NCBI RefSeq assembly: GCF_009914755.1
Contig: NC_060943.1
DNA: 64,000 bases
Strand: one strand, 5' to 3'
From: the human T2T-CHM13v2.0 reference genome, Homo sapiens
Shown here: positions 1 through 13,247 of the stretch, in pieces
Layout: each line of letters opens with the position of its first letter
Position numbering within the stretch: the first letter of the stretch is position 1
The notes under the pieces: generated by a model
Databases searched by the model: none
What the model was told of the DNA's origin: nothing
The model's input: the letters and a program-made list of their open reading frames with translations, nothing else
Program-made: the position numbers and the translations under genes

Positions 1-315
1 TCAGAATAGAGACCCAGCTGCTCAGGATGATATTCCAGGTGCAATCACTTATAAAGCGCTCTGATCCTTTCAGACACTAAAGGCCCAGTTTTCCCAAATG
101 CTCCAGCTGTGAACCATCTCTGAGCCTTTGCATACACTGGTCTCTCTGCCTGGAACGTCCTTCAACTCGTGCTGTCAAAATGGGTCCCAAACACGAGCGC
201 CCCCACTGTTCTAGATACAGGGGCCTGAGCTGCAGTAACCCGAGGAATCGTTCATTCGAAGCTTTGGGATTCAGAGATGGGGGTCAGCGCGCAGACTCGC
301 AGACGCAGCACCCAC

Positions 316-351
316 CTGTGCCGGGCCCATCGGCTCAGCCGCCGCCGCCAT
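316..351 (-). CDS. ZNF772: KRAB-ZNF first coding exon (MAAAAEPMGPAQ); rest of gene lies left of the window
   Basis: Reverse strand ATG GCG GCG GCG GCT GAG CCG ATG GGC CCG GCA CAG|gtgggt; CpG-rich; same exon-1 architecture as the three + strand genes; peptide recognised from memory. Confidence 0.85.
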
Positions 352-589
352 CAGGCCTGTGGACTACGGAAGGGTGGCGACAAGTGCAGGAACCTGGGAT
401 CAGCTGTCCAGGGCCCAGCCCAGCGGCTAGGTCACTCAGGCAGCGCCACTGTCAAGCCTCAGGCCCACCTCTCTTCAGGGAAGAAGACACTCTCTCACGT
501 TTTCCCTTTTCTGTCACCTCAGGTCTGACATTGCGTTCTGGAAACTAAACCAGTGGATTAATGGAAAAGCAAACAAAATGTCCACCCGA

Positions 590-790
590 GGATGGTAGAG
601 GAAGTCCCGCCCTGACGTTGGTGAGGACCAACGGAAACGCCTATTTCCTGGGTTTTCATTGGCCCAGAGCCGCCAAGTTTCCTGGGTAATGTAGTTCCCA
701 CGGCACCAACACTAGTAAGCGGCGTCTTGCTTCACCTCCAGGTTAAAAGCCCAGAGAAGACCGCCAGGGGCGCGTGGAAATGGTGTCCCT
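590..790 (-). promoter_or_regulatory. CpG-rich promoter of ZNF772 with ZNF143-type ACTACA..CCCA motif, CCAAT and GC/ETS-like site
   Basis: Minus strand GGGAACTACATTACCCAGG (681-699), CCAAT (658-662), GGGCGGGACTTCC (~600-612). Confidence 0.7.
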
Positions 791-1936
791 CGTCTCCAAG
801 GCCCAGACGGAGCTTAGCTTCCTCTTGAAGGAGCCATATCTGTATTTCTGGTGAACGTCGTGTTTGACATCAAAGGAATGTTTAGAGACATGATTTCAGC
901 CTTCCTTACGCAGAGAATGCTCATCAAAAAATGAAATGGACACACCATACACTGACGTCACTCAGATTTCTATGGCTGGAAGTTAACAAATATTGTTTTC
1001 AAATGCGTGTAGCCTGATGCTCCAGAGTTAGTTTGGCGAGCCTCAGCATTTTCTGTCAGGCACAAGAAAGAAAAGACTCCAGACACCATGATGTGGAACG
1101 TGGAGTGGGGATGTTTGGTGGCCTTGAAGTAAGTGAATAACCCTTCTGTCTGTTACCTCAGAAAATATTTATCCTGCTTATACAGCAGTGATTGTGTCAA
1201 ACCCAACAAGTAATACTCTTGTTCAAGATAGTATTTCATACTCCATATACAGAGATGTATTCAATATTTTAAGTGTTTTACAAGTGTCTGAAAAGACAGA
1301 ATTCATCAAATGTCATATGGCAATGAAAAGGGCAACATGAACACTTTCTGTAAAGAAGAAATAACCACCAAACTAGATGTCTATACACAACAAAATGTCT
1401 TTTATGGAAGTGTGATATAAAACTATTTGAAACCAAAAATGATAAATGTAATGGAAATACATTTACACAAAAAATAATGTTTAAAATAATACTCAAGGCC
1501 AAAGAAAGTTGATCTCAGGTGAAAAGTCTGCAATGAGAGAAGAAATGAAGATGAAAAGAAGTGCATCTTTTGATTAAAATAACAGCATATTACAGTGTAA
1601 AACATAAGTAGATATACTTATTGAGTTAGAATGATGGAATTCCCGTGCGTAACCTCAACTACATATAAATTGAAAGGAGGCTAGTTGCTCAAAGTTTTAA
1701 ATTTTTTATATTTCCAAGTGGAAAGCAAATGTATTACAATCCTGTATGGCACGCTAATGTGTTAAACGTTTGTAATTTTTAGCCTAAATATAATAAATAC
1801 AGTCAGCGTATATACTTTTCAAACTAGAAGAGGAAATGTTTGGAATATAAATAAATAATCAATAGAAAGGTAAAATAATAGTAAAATAAGTGGAAGAAGT
1901 GAGGCAAAGAAAAGCACAATGTAGGATATATTTAAA

Positions 1937-2399
1937 CTGTCAACCTAAATAACAGAGATTCTTCAAAGATGTTGAGTTCATTCAGGAATGCACAGGGGAT
2001 TTGCAAATCCAGGACATGCAGGCTATAGGGACTATAGGCATATCCAGAGAGCTTGAAACAAGGAGAAGCTTTCAAAGGCAAAAGGGAAAAGTATATATAA
2101 TTTGTTTTGAGATAAAAAGAACATTGGTCACAGATGTTTATGGCAGAGGTTAACACCAGTTCATTAGTGGAGACAATCTGTCAGGCAAGTGTTCTACTAC
2201 ATCTAGAGCTGTCCTTGTAACTCCTGTAGCAAGCTGCGGTTTGAGAAGTTCTTGTCAAAACTTCTTTTAACGGGAATATGTGCATTAAGAGCCCTCAGAG
2301 ACAGTAATAGCTCTTATCTTAAGCATGTGTGTTTGAGTGCCCTCTTTTCTCAGCCTCCTGGCTTTATTTATTTATTTACTTATTTATTTATTTTACACA
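1937..2399. mobile_element. Old ERV1-class solo LTR remnant (MER-type; subfamily not resolved)
   Basis: TG...CA bounded ~460 bp segment beginning TGTCAACCTAAATAA, resembling MER-group LTRs from memory. Confidence 0.35.
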
Positions 2400-4447
2400 A
2401 GTTACTCATTTTGATTTTGACAACTTTTGCAAAACCTAAATGACTATGCAATAAATACTCAAATAAGCAGTTAGTAATTTTTGATGGACCAAAACACGCT
2501 TCACGAGGTATTCTCTTTTCTTCAGTGAATTTCCACAGAATTTGAATTGTGATTGAAAGCACAACTAACATTCCCAGACTCCCTACTCTGTCAGTAAGAA
2601 AAGAATCATGTTGTAGTTAGAAACGTCCAGAATCTGCTTTAGAGAAACCAAGACCTACGCTTGAAGGTTACCAGGCCCTTGACTCACCCAACTGGGCTGA
2701 GATGTCATCAGGGAACTGCATATCATCAACATCTTCTGGTTATTCATACAGGGGTGGGATAAGGATGACAATAATTTACATTTAATAATGTCCATATCCT
2801 AGACATTCTATCAGACCTTTTATAAACACTACGCACTTTTGCCCTGTAAAGTGGATTTGTCACCTAAATTAATATGAGGAAACTGAGGTTTCTTGGGTCT
2901 ATAATTTATTTTCAGCTGTAGCTGTTAAGTGGCATAGTTGGCAATGGAGTCCAAGGAGCCATGACTAACTACTTCCCAGCATGGCCTCCTACCCTAGGTC
3001 ATCTATCTGGGTAGGTTCAGAGCCCTTTCTATGTTAGACAAACAAGGCTATGAAAAATTCAATGTCCCAGGCAGCTGACATGAGGACAAGAATGTGTCTT
3101 GCCTTTTCTTCACCACAGAAACATGAACCTTCAGCTTCATTTATTCCCTAAACGTGGGTTCCTTGGATGCCAATCAAGAATCAAAACAGGAAAAGTCCTG
3201 CTGGCCCACAAATACAGAGGGTTTGATAGGTGAAATGTTATTGCCTGAGCCTCACCGTATCATCCCAACCACCCACATATCCTGTTACCTCTGCCTCCTA
3301 ATATGTCTCAGGTCATCTTCTTCTCAACACCTCCAATTTCATGCCCTTGGGCCAATCTGCCAACATTCCTGAGCTACACAATGCCTTCTGCCTTGTATCC
3401 TACATCAGTTTTTTCTCTACTTTAGTTCATTCTCCACATATCATGCAGAAGATGACTTCAACACAAATCAGGTTCTATTTGGGAGAATCAGAAGCATGTT
3501 GGTGGCTAGAGGGGGAAGGGCTTCCCTCCAAACTTTAGTGTTATAACATGGTTTAGGGTTATAACCTGTCCTGCATTTTCAGTGGTCCCACCAGTAATTT
3601 CTATGTTGTCTTTTTTGTCAGGCTCATTGCTACTGTCCAGCCCCTAGGATTTCTTCCTCAGCAGAGGACTCCTGTAATGCCCCTGACTCAATCCACATTC
3701 TCTTCCTCCTCTCTCCTTTACAGCAAGAACTAAAATCATTTCCTTGCAAACCTAGGCCAGCGAACAGGAGATTCACAACCATGTTATCGATTTGGTGCTG
3801 CCCTTCACACTTCATGGAACATGAAAGCTCAGTGAGGGTCTGAGTCCACTTCCCAGCAGAGAGAGCATAGCCATGTGCCATTTATGTGAGAGTGCAATCT
3901 TGGTACATTTAGAGTAACTGTTTAATCCAATATGCAGATGGATGGTGTTCAATTAGGAATTCTCAAAATTTTTTTAAAAAGAATTCTCAAATAAAAATCT
4001 CATATAATTCCTATTCCATTTAAAGCCAATGATTTTGTTTTCCTGTGCTTTGAAACTAGAACATCCTTGTTGTCTCAATCCCAAGACGGAAGCCAAGCTA
4101 AAAAACAAAAGGAGCAGGACTTCACAGAAGCCCTAAGGCTCAATGAAGGATGGGCCATTGCACATTGCACAGTCTTTTTAAAAAAACAATAATTGTACTG
4201 CTATCCACACATCCTTGTGAGTCATTTCTCATCAGACATATATTCTAAGCCATATGCAGTACATACAGCTCTAAATTCTAGTAATCATCCTGACAGAATT
4301 CTAATGAAGGAGGTGGATGAGCATTTACCAGATTCAAATGAATGCAAACTGAAAAATAGGCAAAACTATGTTAGATGACAATGTAAGAAATCAGAAATGC
4401 CACAAATTAGACCTCCTTGATGGGTGAATGACTTACAGCGGGGGTTA

Positions 4448-4774
<327 letters not shown>

Positions 4775-4946
4775 CTAACACTGTTCTTTTTTGATTGGCA
4801 CACTGCTTTTAGAGATGTGTTGACTTTGGGAATATTCATTGAGCTGTACAACTACATGTTCATTTTTGTGAATGTCATTTGTAAATTAAAATTTACCAAA
4901 AGTTCATGCTAACAAACCCGAAGTGCCTATTCCATATTGTTATGCA

Positions 4947-5233
4947 GGCTGGATGTGATGGCTCATGCCTGTAATCCCAGAACTTTGGAAGGCCTAGGCA
5001 GGTAGATGGCTTGAGCTCAGGAGTTCAAGACTAGCCTGGGCAACATGGCAAAACTCGTCTCCGCAAAAAAAAAAAAAAAAAACTAGCCAGGTATGGTGGC
5101 TTGCACCTGTGGTCCTAGCTACTTAGGAGGCTGAGGTGGGAGGATTCCTTGATCCTGGGAGGTGGAGGTTGTGGTGAGCTAGGATGGCACCACTGCACTC
5201 CAGCTTAGGCAACAGAAGGAGACCCTATCTCAA
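4947..5233 (+). mobile_element. Older Alu (AluJ-like) followed by (TG)n
   Basis: Diverged dimeric Alu; tail replaced by TA/TG microsatellite to ~5270. Confidence 0.85.
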
Positions 5234-5422
5234 ATATATACGTGTGTGTTTGTGTGTGTGTGTGTATATAATTCTCCAATGTAGAATAATATATATATTA
5301 TTCTCCAATGTGGAATAATAATTAATAATAATACTAATAATTCTTGGGCATTTACCCAATTGAAATAATAATTCTTGGGTATTTGCCTGATTGAAATGAA
5401 AAACTGTCTTTAAGAAAAATTC

Positions 5423-6940
5423 GGCTCTTCTCCCTTTAAGACCAGCCCTGCCTCTGCCTCTGCCTCTGCCTCTGCCTCTGCCTCTGCCTCTCCCTCTCCC
5501 CTCTCCCCTCTCCCCTCTCCCCTCTCCCCTCTTCCTTCTCCCCTCTCCCTCTCGGTCTCCCTCTCCCTCTCTTTCCACGGTCTCCCTCTGATGCCGAGCC
5601 GAAGCTGGACTGTACTGCTGCCATCTCGGCTCACTGCAACCTCCCTGCCTGATTCTCCTGCCTCAGCCTGCCGAGTGCCTGCGATTGCAGGCGCGCGCCA
5701 CCGCGCCTGACTGGTTTTCGTACTTTTTTGGTGGAGACGGGGTTTCGCTGTGTTGGCCGGGCTGGTCTCCAGCTCCTAACCGCGAGTGATCTGCCAGCCT
5801 CGGCCTCCCGAGGTGCCGGGATTGCAGACGGAGTCTGGTTCACTCAGTGCTCAATGTTGCCCAGGCTGGAGTGCAGTGGCATGATCTCAGCTCGCTACAA
5901 CCTCCATCTCCCAGCCGCCTGCCTTGGCCTCCCAAAGTGCCGAGATTGCAGCCTCTGCCCGGCCGCCACCCCGTCTGGGAAGTGAGGAGCGTCTCTGCCT
6001 GGCCGCCCATCGTCTGGGAAGTGAGGAGCCCCTCTGCCTGGCTGCCCAGTCTGGAAAGTGAGGAGCGTCTCTGCCCGGCCGCCATCCCATCTAGGAAGTG
6101 AGGAGCGCCTCTTCCCGGCAGCCATCCCATCTGGGAAGTGAGGAGCGTCTCTGCCCGGCCGCCCATCGTCTCAGATGTGGGGAGCGCCTCTGCCCCGCCG
6201 CCCCGTCTGGGATGTGAGGAGCGCCTCTGCCCGGCCGCGACCCCGTCTGGGAGGTGAGGAGCGTCTCTGCCCAGCCGCCCCGTCTGAGAAGTGAGGAGCC
6301 CCTCTGCCCGGCAGCCACCCCGTCTGGGAAGTGAGGAGCGTCTCCGCCCGGCAGCCGCCCCGTCCGGGAGGGAGGTGGGGGGGTCAGCCCCCCCCCCCCC
6401 CCCCCCCCCCCGGCCAGCCGCCCCGTCCGGGAGGTGAGGGGCGCCTCTGCCCGGCCGCCCCTACTGGGAAGTGAGGAGCCCCTCTGCCCAGCCAGCCGCC
6501 CCGTCCGGGAGGGAGGTGGGGGGCTCAGCCCCCCGCCTGGCCAGCCGCCCCGTCCGGGAGGGAGGTGGGGGGGTCAGCACCCCGCCCGGCCAGCCGCCCC
6601 GTCCGGGAGGGAGGTGGGGGGCTCAGCCCCCCGCCTGGCCAGCCGCCCCGTCCGGGAGGGAGGTGGGGGGGTCAGCCCCCCGCCCGGCCAGCCACCCCAT
6701 CCGGGAGGTGAGGGGCGCCTCTGCCCGGCCGCCCCTACTGGGAAGTGAGGAGCCCCTCTGCCCGGCCACCACCCCGTCTGGGAGGTGTACCCAACAGCTC
6801 ATTGAGAACGGGCCGGGATGACAATGGCGGTTTTGTGGAATAGAAAGGGGGGAAAGGTGGGGAAAAGATTGAGAAATCGGATGGTTGACGTGTCTGTGCA
6901 GAAAGAAGTAGACATGGGAGACTTTAAAAAAAAAAAAAAA
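5423..6940 (+). mobile_element. SVA retrotransposon with 3'-truncated SINE-R (young, D/E-like; subfamily not resolved)
   Basis: (GCCTCT)n/(CCCTCTC)n head 5446-5575, Alu-like region ~5590-5950, GC-rich VNTR ~5950-6785, ~140 bp SINE-R, A15 tail; TSD AAGAAAAATTC (5412-5422) / AAAAAAAATTC (6933-6943). Confidence 0.95.
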
Positions 6941-9040
6941 TTCTTCCAGTGATCTGGTAGAATTGTAAGAAAAAAAATTCTTTAATCCTAAGGCAAATGG
7001 TTTTATTATTAATGTACAGTTTCTGACAAATTATTAACACATGAGGTGTATTAACTCTGATATATACAGACAATGGGATACTACTCAGCAGTATAAATAA
7101 AGCATTGCTACACAAAACAAGGGTGAATCACAAATGCATTACACTAAGTGAATGAGGCCAGACTGCAAAAGCTACGTGCTGTTGGATTCCACGTATGTAA
7201 CCCTGGAAATGTGTACGTTCCTAAAACTCCAAGAAGACAGAAATCACATCCATGATCCTGGGGCCAGGAGTAGGGGAACGAATTAACCTCAAAGTGGCAT
7301 GAGAGAGGAGGAGAGAGCTGCAAACTGACCACTGAGCACAATCATGTCCAGTTTCTCACATCACTGCTTTCCGCATGCCCTGGTCCAGCCACTGTGTCTT
7401 CCTTCCTGTTACTGCAGCTCACTAAGTTTTCTCCCACCACATCTCTTTGGCACTTGCTCTACCTTTTACCTGAATATGTCAAACTTGGTTCTTTCATAGC
7501 TGCCTCCTTCTCATTTTTTTTTTTTTTGGTGTCAACTCAATTATCACCTTCAAGAAAGCCACCCACATCCAACTCATCTGAATGGGCAGTGTCCTCAGCC
7601 TTCAGTTTAAACATTTCCAACTCTGTCCTCAATACAACTGCCATTCCCTCACATTCTCCCCTTCATATCCCCTATTATTTTCATCACTACTTAGAACAAC
7701 TTCTGGCATTTGTTATTTATGTTTGTCTGTTTTTTTACCATTCTAGGTTCAGTTTCCAGGTAGAATGTGGACTTGGCAAATTCTACAAAACCAGACCAAT
7801 ATTTTCAAGGCTTGACCTGGGAGGAGAGAATGGTGTATTTGGGTGGTATGAGCAGAGGAAAAAACTTTTTCTCAGTATTTTCAGTCATTTTCTGGTGAGT
7901 CAGTGTTCAGCAGAGCAAGGACATCCAGGTAAGTCTCAAAGATGTGGTATCTATGGAAGAGTAGATGATTGTAGTGGTTAGGAATAGCTGTACTCTTGAG
8001 TAGTTGGTGATCCTGGTTCCTCAGTTCCACTGGAGCTTCCGAAGAGTTTATAATCACCAAGCCAACATCTGCTGGGATGGTGTCTTTGAGCATAAGACTA
8101 TGTTTGGGCAATAACAGGACATAGGGCTGCTTACCTGTTGTAGAGCAGAACTGCTCTTCTGAAATATTAGTCTCCTTCCTCGTTGAGGAAATGGTTATAT
8201 TTTCCCATCCTGTGGCCTCATCTCCCTGCCTACTTTTCCTTATAAGGATAGTTCAGATGGGTTAGTCTTGGCTCTCTAGCTGAGGCGACCAGACTTCAAG
8301 TGTCTGAGGACCAGGTAGCCATCTCCATGGAAGTCCAGAGTTTCCAGAGCTGCTGGGTGGTGACTTCTTCCGTTAAGCTCTAACCTTGGGGAGGGCAGGA
8401 GATGTCATCAAAATTTGTTTAGTTGGTTACAGCCCTCAGCCTTCCCTCATTCCCTGCAGCTGCTCATGTGTTGAGGGTTGACTTGTGATTAGACCCTGAG
8501 GTGCATCTGCTTTTCATGCCATCTTGGATGGGTTAGACTTCCCAAACACAGAGGAATGTGCTTGCTAGCCCTGAAGGAGATATGGCCAAAGGTAGAGTCT
8601 TGGACTCAAACTTTGATGTTCACACTCCTTATAGACATGTAAATATTCCTAAAGGTTGGAAATAAAAATAGATTCCAGAAGTTAGAGAGAAAACATATAG
8701 ACCCGGCATATGTTGCTTTTAAAAAATAAAATAGCTTCATGGGATTTTTTTGTGAATTCAATGAGATATAAGTGAATTTCTTATGTAGATAATGATTTTA
8801 CCTAAACCAAATAATTAGATAGTCTACTTGGTCCTCACCAGTCATGTTATTTGCAATTCTACATATGAGCCTGCTTTAGTGGGTTGTCTCTTCCTGTGAT
8901 AAAATTAAAAAGTCTACATATACTCTTTATTTCAAAACTATCACACAATTCACTACAACTTTCAAAAGAGGTATAGTTTGTTTTTTAATTAAAACCACAT
9001 CTGTGAAACAACCAGTAGTGATAAAACATAGTTTCTTTCT

Positions 9041-9210
9041 TTTTTTTTTAATTTATTTTTTTGAGACAGAGTCTTGCTCTGTCACCCAGGCCGGAGTGCA
9101 GTGGCACAGTCTCAGCTCACTGCAACCTCTCCCTCCTAGGTTCAAGTGATCTTCTGCCTCAGCCTCCTGAGTAGCTGGGATCACAGTCACCTGCCCCCAC
9201 GCCTGGCTAA
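9041..9210 (-). mobile_element. 5'-truncated Alu (right monomer)
   Basis: Poly-T then GAGACAGAGTCTTGCTC...CCTGGCTAA; TSD-like AAA(C/T)ATAGTT flanks. Confidence 0.85.
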
Positions 9211-10568
9211 AAAATATAGTTCCTAGGCATCCTTTCTTTTCACATCACCTCACATGCCTGATACACCCCATTAAGCTAACATTTGCATGACATTTTTGTT
9301 AATCATTTTGATAATCATTCTATAAATGTCTTTATAGTTTTACTACATACATATATTTTCCTAAATGATATACTGTTTCTTATTTCCAGATTCTGAATTT
9401 TCTATACATTTTACACTGTATGGGTGACTAGATTCTATAATATGTTTTTTAGGTTTGTCCACAAAGGTTCCTGTCATGATGGTAAGCTAATTTCCATAAT
9501 CTATTAGATGATTAATCCAGAATCTACTCTTCTAATAGATGTTCTCAAGGAAGTGAAACATTTATTCCTGTGCTTGGTTTCAGAAGGAGGATATTATTTA
9601 CATATTGTCCCACTCCTGTCATGGATTCATCTCTCCTCACTCTCCTCCTCCCCTCCCTTCCATATGCCACATAATGGTCTAACTGAAATAACTAATGCCA
9701 TAGGTGCCATGGAAGGGGTAAAGAGCTTGTGTCTCTCTCTATTCTACCATGTTCTCAATCCCAATATTGACTCCCCTCCTCCTTTTCAGAGTCAAGTAGT
9801 ACTGAACACCCAGTTCCAGAAAGCTCCAAGAAGGAGGGAGGGCTTCATTTTCTCTTGTCCTCATAAGTCACTCCAATGCTGTGTTGAAATTGATCATTAT
9901 TCAGCCAACAGATGGAAGGGGCAGGAAAAGAAGTAGGGAAATTAGATTGACACGAGGGGACTAGATTCAATGGGAATGGATGTAGTGGGACTACACATAA
10001 TAAAGGGTTGACATCACTTTTTTTTATCAATAGTTGTGTGTTGTAAACAACAGTCTAGCATTCTACCCACCTGTGAGGAACTGGCTTTATATTTGGAAAT
10101 GGAAGAGCAGTGGGAACATGGAGCATAAAGGGATGAAGGAGAGAAATGGAGGGGGAGTTGCCTCATGGGTTTGCCGCCTATTGTTGTGCCTGTACACCAA
10201 TGTTGGGTCTTTGAGGAAGGAAGGAGCACAAATGAGCATGGGATAAAGGAGGAAAGTAAATCCTTGGGCTCCCATACTCTCTCATCACCTACATCCAGAA
10301 TTCAGAGCCTTTTCTTATTGTCATACATCAGGCATTGCTTGGCCACCGTTAATTTTAATATTGGGTGTCCTTTTGTCAAAGGAAATTTGGGGATCTATAC
10401 GTGGCTCTTCCCAGAGAAACCTCTTTACTGTGGCCCTGAAGATCCTCTTCAATTCCTTCAAAAGAAGGAAAGATTGGGGTATCAGCTGCAGGAAACTGAA
10501 ATCCAGGCCCATCTCCAAAAACAGCAGTTTCTGGATGAGTCCGAGAGAAGTTCTCAACCCTAATTTCT

Positions 10569-10661
10569 CCTCTATCTCCTATTCCGTTATCTCCATCTCC
10601 ATCATCATCTCCATCTCCGTCTCCATCTCCATCATCATCTATCATCTCCAATCTCCATCTC
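10569..10661 (+). repeat. (ATCTCC/ATC)n low-complexity repeat upstream of the ZNF419 promoter
   Basis: ~90 bp of ATC and TCC triplets. Confidence 0.9.
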
Positions 10662-10689
10662 CGAAGTTATGCCCACTTCCTGGAAGTTT

Positions 10690-11012
10690 GGAGGCACGGG
10701 AACTACATTGCCCAAAAGGCGCAGCGCCGCGAGGCGGCGATCCCTGACCAATGAAAAGAGGTCTGCCCGAGCGTGCGACACGCAATGGGCGGGACTTCCG
10801 GCGTCTCGTTTGGTATTCACTTTCGCGACTCAGGTGAACTAACCTGCGAGAAGCTGGTTGTGCGCTGAGGCGACCGGCGCCGGAAGGCACGGTGGCGACT
10901 CACGCTGTTCTCGCCGCTCAGAGGCGGGTCTGAGGCTCGGTGGCGGCGCCCAGGGTGGCCCGGGCCCTTTCCTCGGTCATTGTCTCCCCTCCAGCTCTAC
11001 TCACAGGCTCCG
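10690..11012 (+). promoter_or_regulatory. ZNF419 CpG-island promoter/5'UTR with ZNF143-type motif, CCAAT and ETS
   Basis: ACTACATTGCCCA at 10702, CCAAT at 10748, ACTTCCGG at 10794; dense CpG. Confidence 0.75.
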
Positions 11013-11045
11013 ATGGCGGCGGCCGCCCTGAGGGACCCCGCTCAG
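11013..11045 (+). CDS. ZNF419: ZNF419 exon 1 (MAAAALRDPAQ)
   Basis: ATG...CAG|gtgagc; 33 nt. Confidence 0.93.
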
Positions 11046-12529
11046 GTGAGCGCCGCGTCCTCCTGGCCTCCCCCGAATCCTAAAGCCCTGTGAGGGCCGC
11101 CTGCTCAGGTCCCCGGGTGCAGAACTGTGGGGCGTTCGTGCGCGGCGTCCCGTTTCTGACACGCAGTGTGATGGGGTGGCAATGGAGGGCAAGGGGCCCG
11201 GCTCGCAAAGATGTGAGGCGCATTCAGCGAGTCCCGAACCTGAGGCCTCCTGGTGTCTGTAGTGGGCAGCTTGGGAAGGGACGAGGCGCGTGTCGAGCGA
11301 CAGCCCGAGCAGCTGCGCTTTCATCCTGAGGGGGCCACAGTGGCCGCGGAGGGCTGGAGACAGAAGAGTGACAAGATCTGTTTCTCAAAGTTTGCCAAAG
11401 GCCCCTGAAGTCAAAACAGACTGGGGTGGGGGTGAGGCGGGTGAAGACAGACCTGTGAGTAGGTAAATTCAGTAGACTAGTGGAGAGTCTACTGGGACTG
11501 GGCCATAGAGGAGGGGAAGTGATCAGATCTTGGATGGATATCAAAAACTGAACAGACAGGAATTCCTGTTGCATCAGATGTGACTGAAAGAAAGTAGGGA
11601 ATGAAGAGCCATTCTGGATTTTTATTTGTATTTTTGTTTGTTTGTTCCTGAATATCAGGAAGGATGGAGATGGGTAAGGCTGTGCAGGGAGTAGGTTTTG
11701 GACATGGTAATCCTGAGATGACCCAGAGTGGAGGTGTCGTGTCCACATGGGCAGCTTGCCCACTCACATCTGGAAGTTTGGGGAGGGATCTGGGCTGGAG
11801 ATATGGTAGATATGGGCTGGTTGGGTAGAGGCCTGGACTAGGGTAAGTCCTGGGGCTCCTATTTAGGAGGGAGAATCTTAAGGTTCCCTTTCAGATGGGC
11901 CCTAAGGTGAGAGAAGGGAGAGATGGCCCTGTAGGACGGGGCTGCCTCTATAGCATGGAGTTTTGTGGTCAGAAGTGGTTCTGTCTGGTGTCTGCCGGAA
12001 TGGAGGGTTATAGAGTATGAAGACCCAGGACTGCATGGAGACTGCAGTGTTGAGTAGTATATAGGTTTGCCACTCCAGGCTCAGCAGTTCCTCATGTACA
12101 GTCCGTATGGACAAAAGGAAACGTCAGCCAGGCTGCTGGAGCAGCCCCTTTGGTGCCTAAGTTTCCCTAGCCGTCAGCACAGGAGGGATGATCAACTGCT
12201 CCAGTAGAAGGGCTCTCAGCAGGATGGTCTTCAGGGGAGTATATAGCAGGCAGCCAGGTTGCCAAAAGGAATGGTATGTGCTCAGGTTTCTCAGACCCAG
12301 GTCCCAGTTTATTAACTTGTGAATTTATGAGGTAAGTATTTAAGCACTAATTGATCATAGTTCATATACACACAGGGGCAAATAAAACAACACGGATTTA
12401 TTAAGTTAAACTGATGTAAGCACTTCATAATTGGTTGTAAAGTTAGTATACTGGAAAGTATTTGATTAAAATAAAGCACCTTAAGTATCACATTCTTAAT
12501 TTAAAAGTAAGTTTAAGAAACCCATATTT

Positions 12530-12851
<322 letters not shown>

Positions 12852-13208
12852 AGAAACCCACATTTTGAAAACCTACCAGTTTATTTGCGCTGAAAATGTT
12901 GACAGAAGCATTAATTATGTGTACAGTAAGAGTTGATACTTAGTCCTAGACACATAAGAATGAGTTTGATACAAACAATCGTCCTATTGAGTAAATACCA
13001 TTATTATTGCCATGTTGCAGATGGCAACACCAAGGCACAGGGAAGTTGAGCACTTTTCCAAGGGCACACAACAGGTAAGAGGCATCACTAAGAACCAAAG
13101 CCCAGATTGTAGATAGTCAGGCACACCTGACTCCAGGCTAGACGAGTGGGCTTGGATGATCCTTTGGCAACATCACTGTCTGGTTCTCATAGTCTTGATT
13201 TTCCAAAG

Positions 13209-13247
13209 GTTCCTGTGGCTGCAGACTTGCTTACAGACCATGAGGAG
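13209..13247 (+). CDS. ZNF419: ZNF419 39-nt microexon 2 (VPVAADLLTDHEE)
   Basis: ttttccaaag|GTT...GAG|gtaagt; needed for the 510-aa total. Confidence 0.88.

Noticed and set aside
5950-6785. Regularly spaced 35-50 bp repeats as a CRISPR-like array
   Set aside because: No unique spacers; it is the SVA VNTR in primate DNA
5225-6821. RG-, EA- and Pro-rich ORFs
   Set aside because: Translations of the SVA hexamer and VNTR
7394-8560. 195-aa ORF and donor-like CAG|gtaagt at ~7928
   Set aside because: Non-ATG start, low-complexity T-rich translation, probably old L2/LTR debris; no supportable gene model
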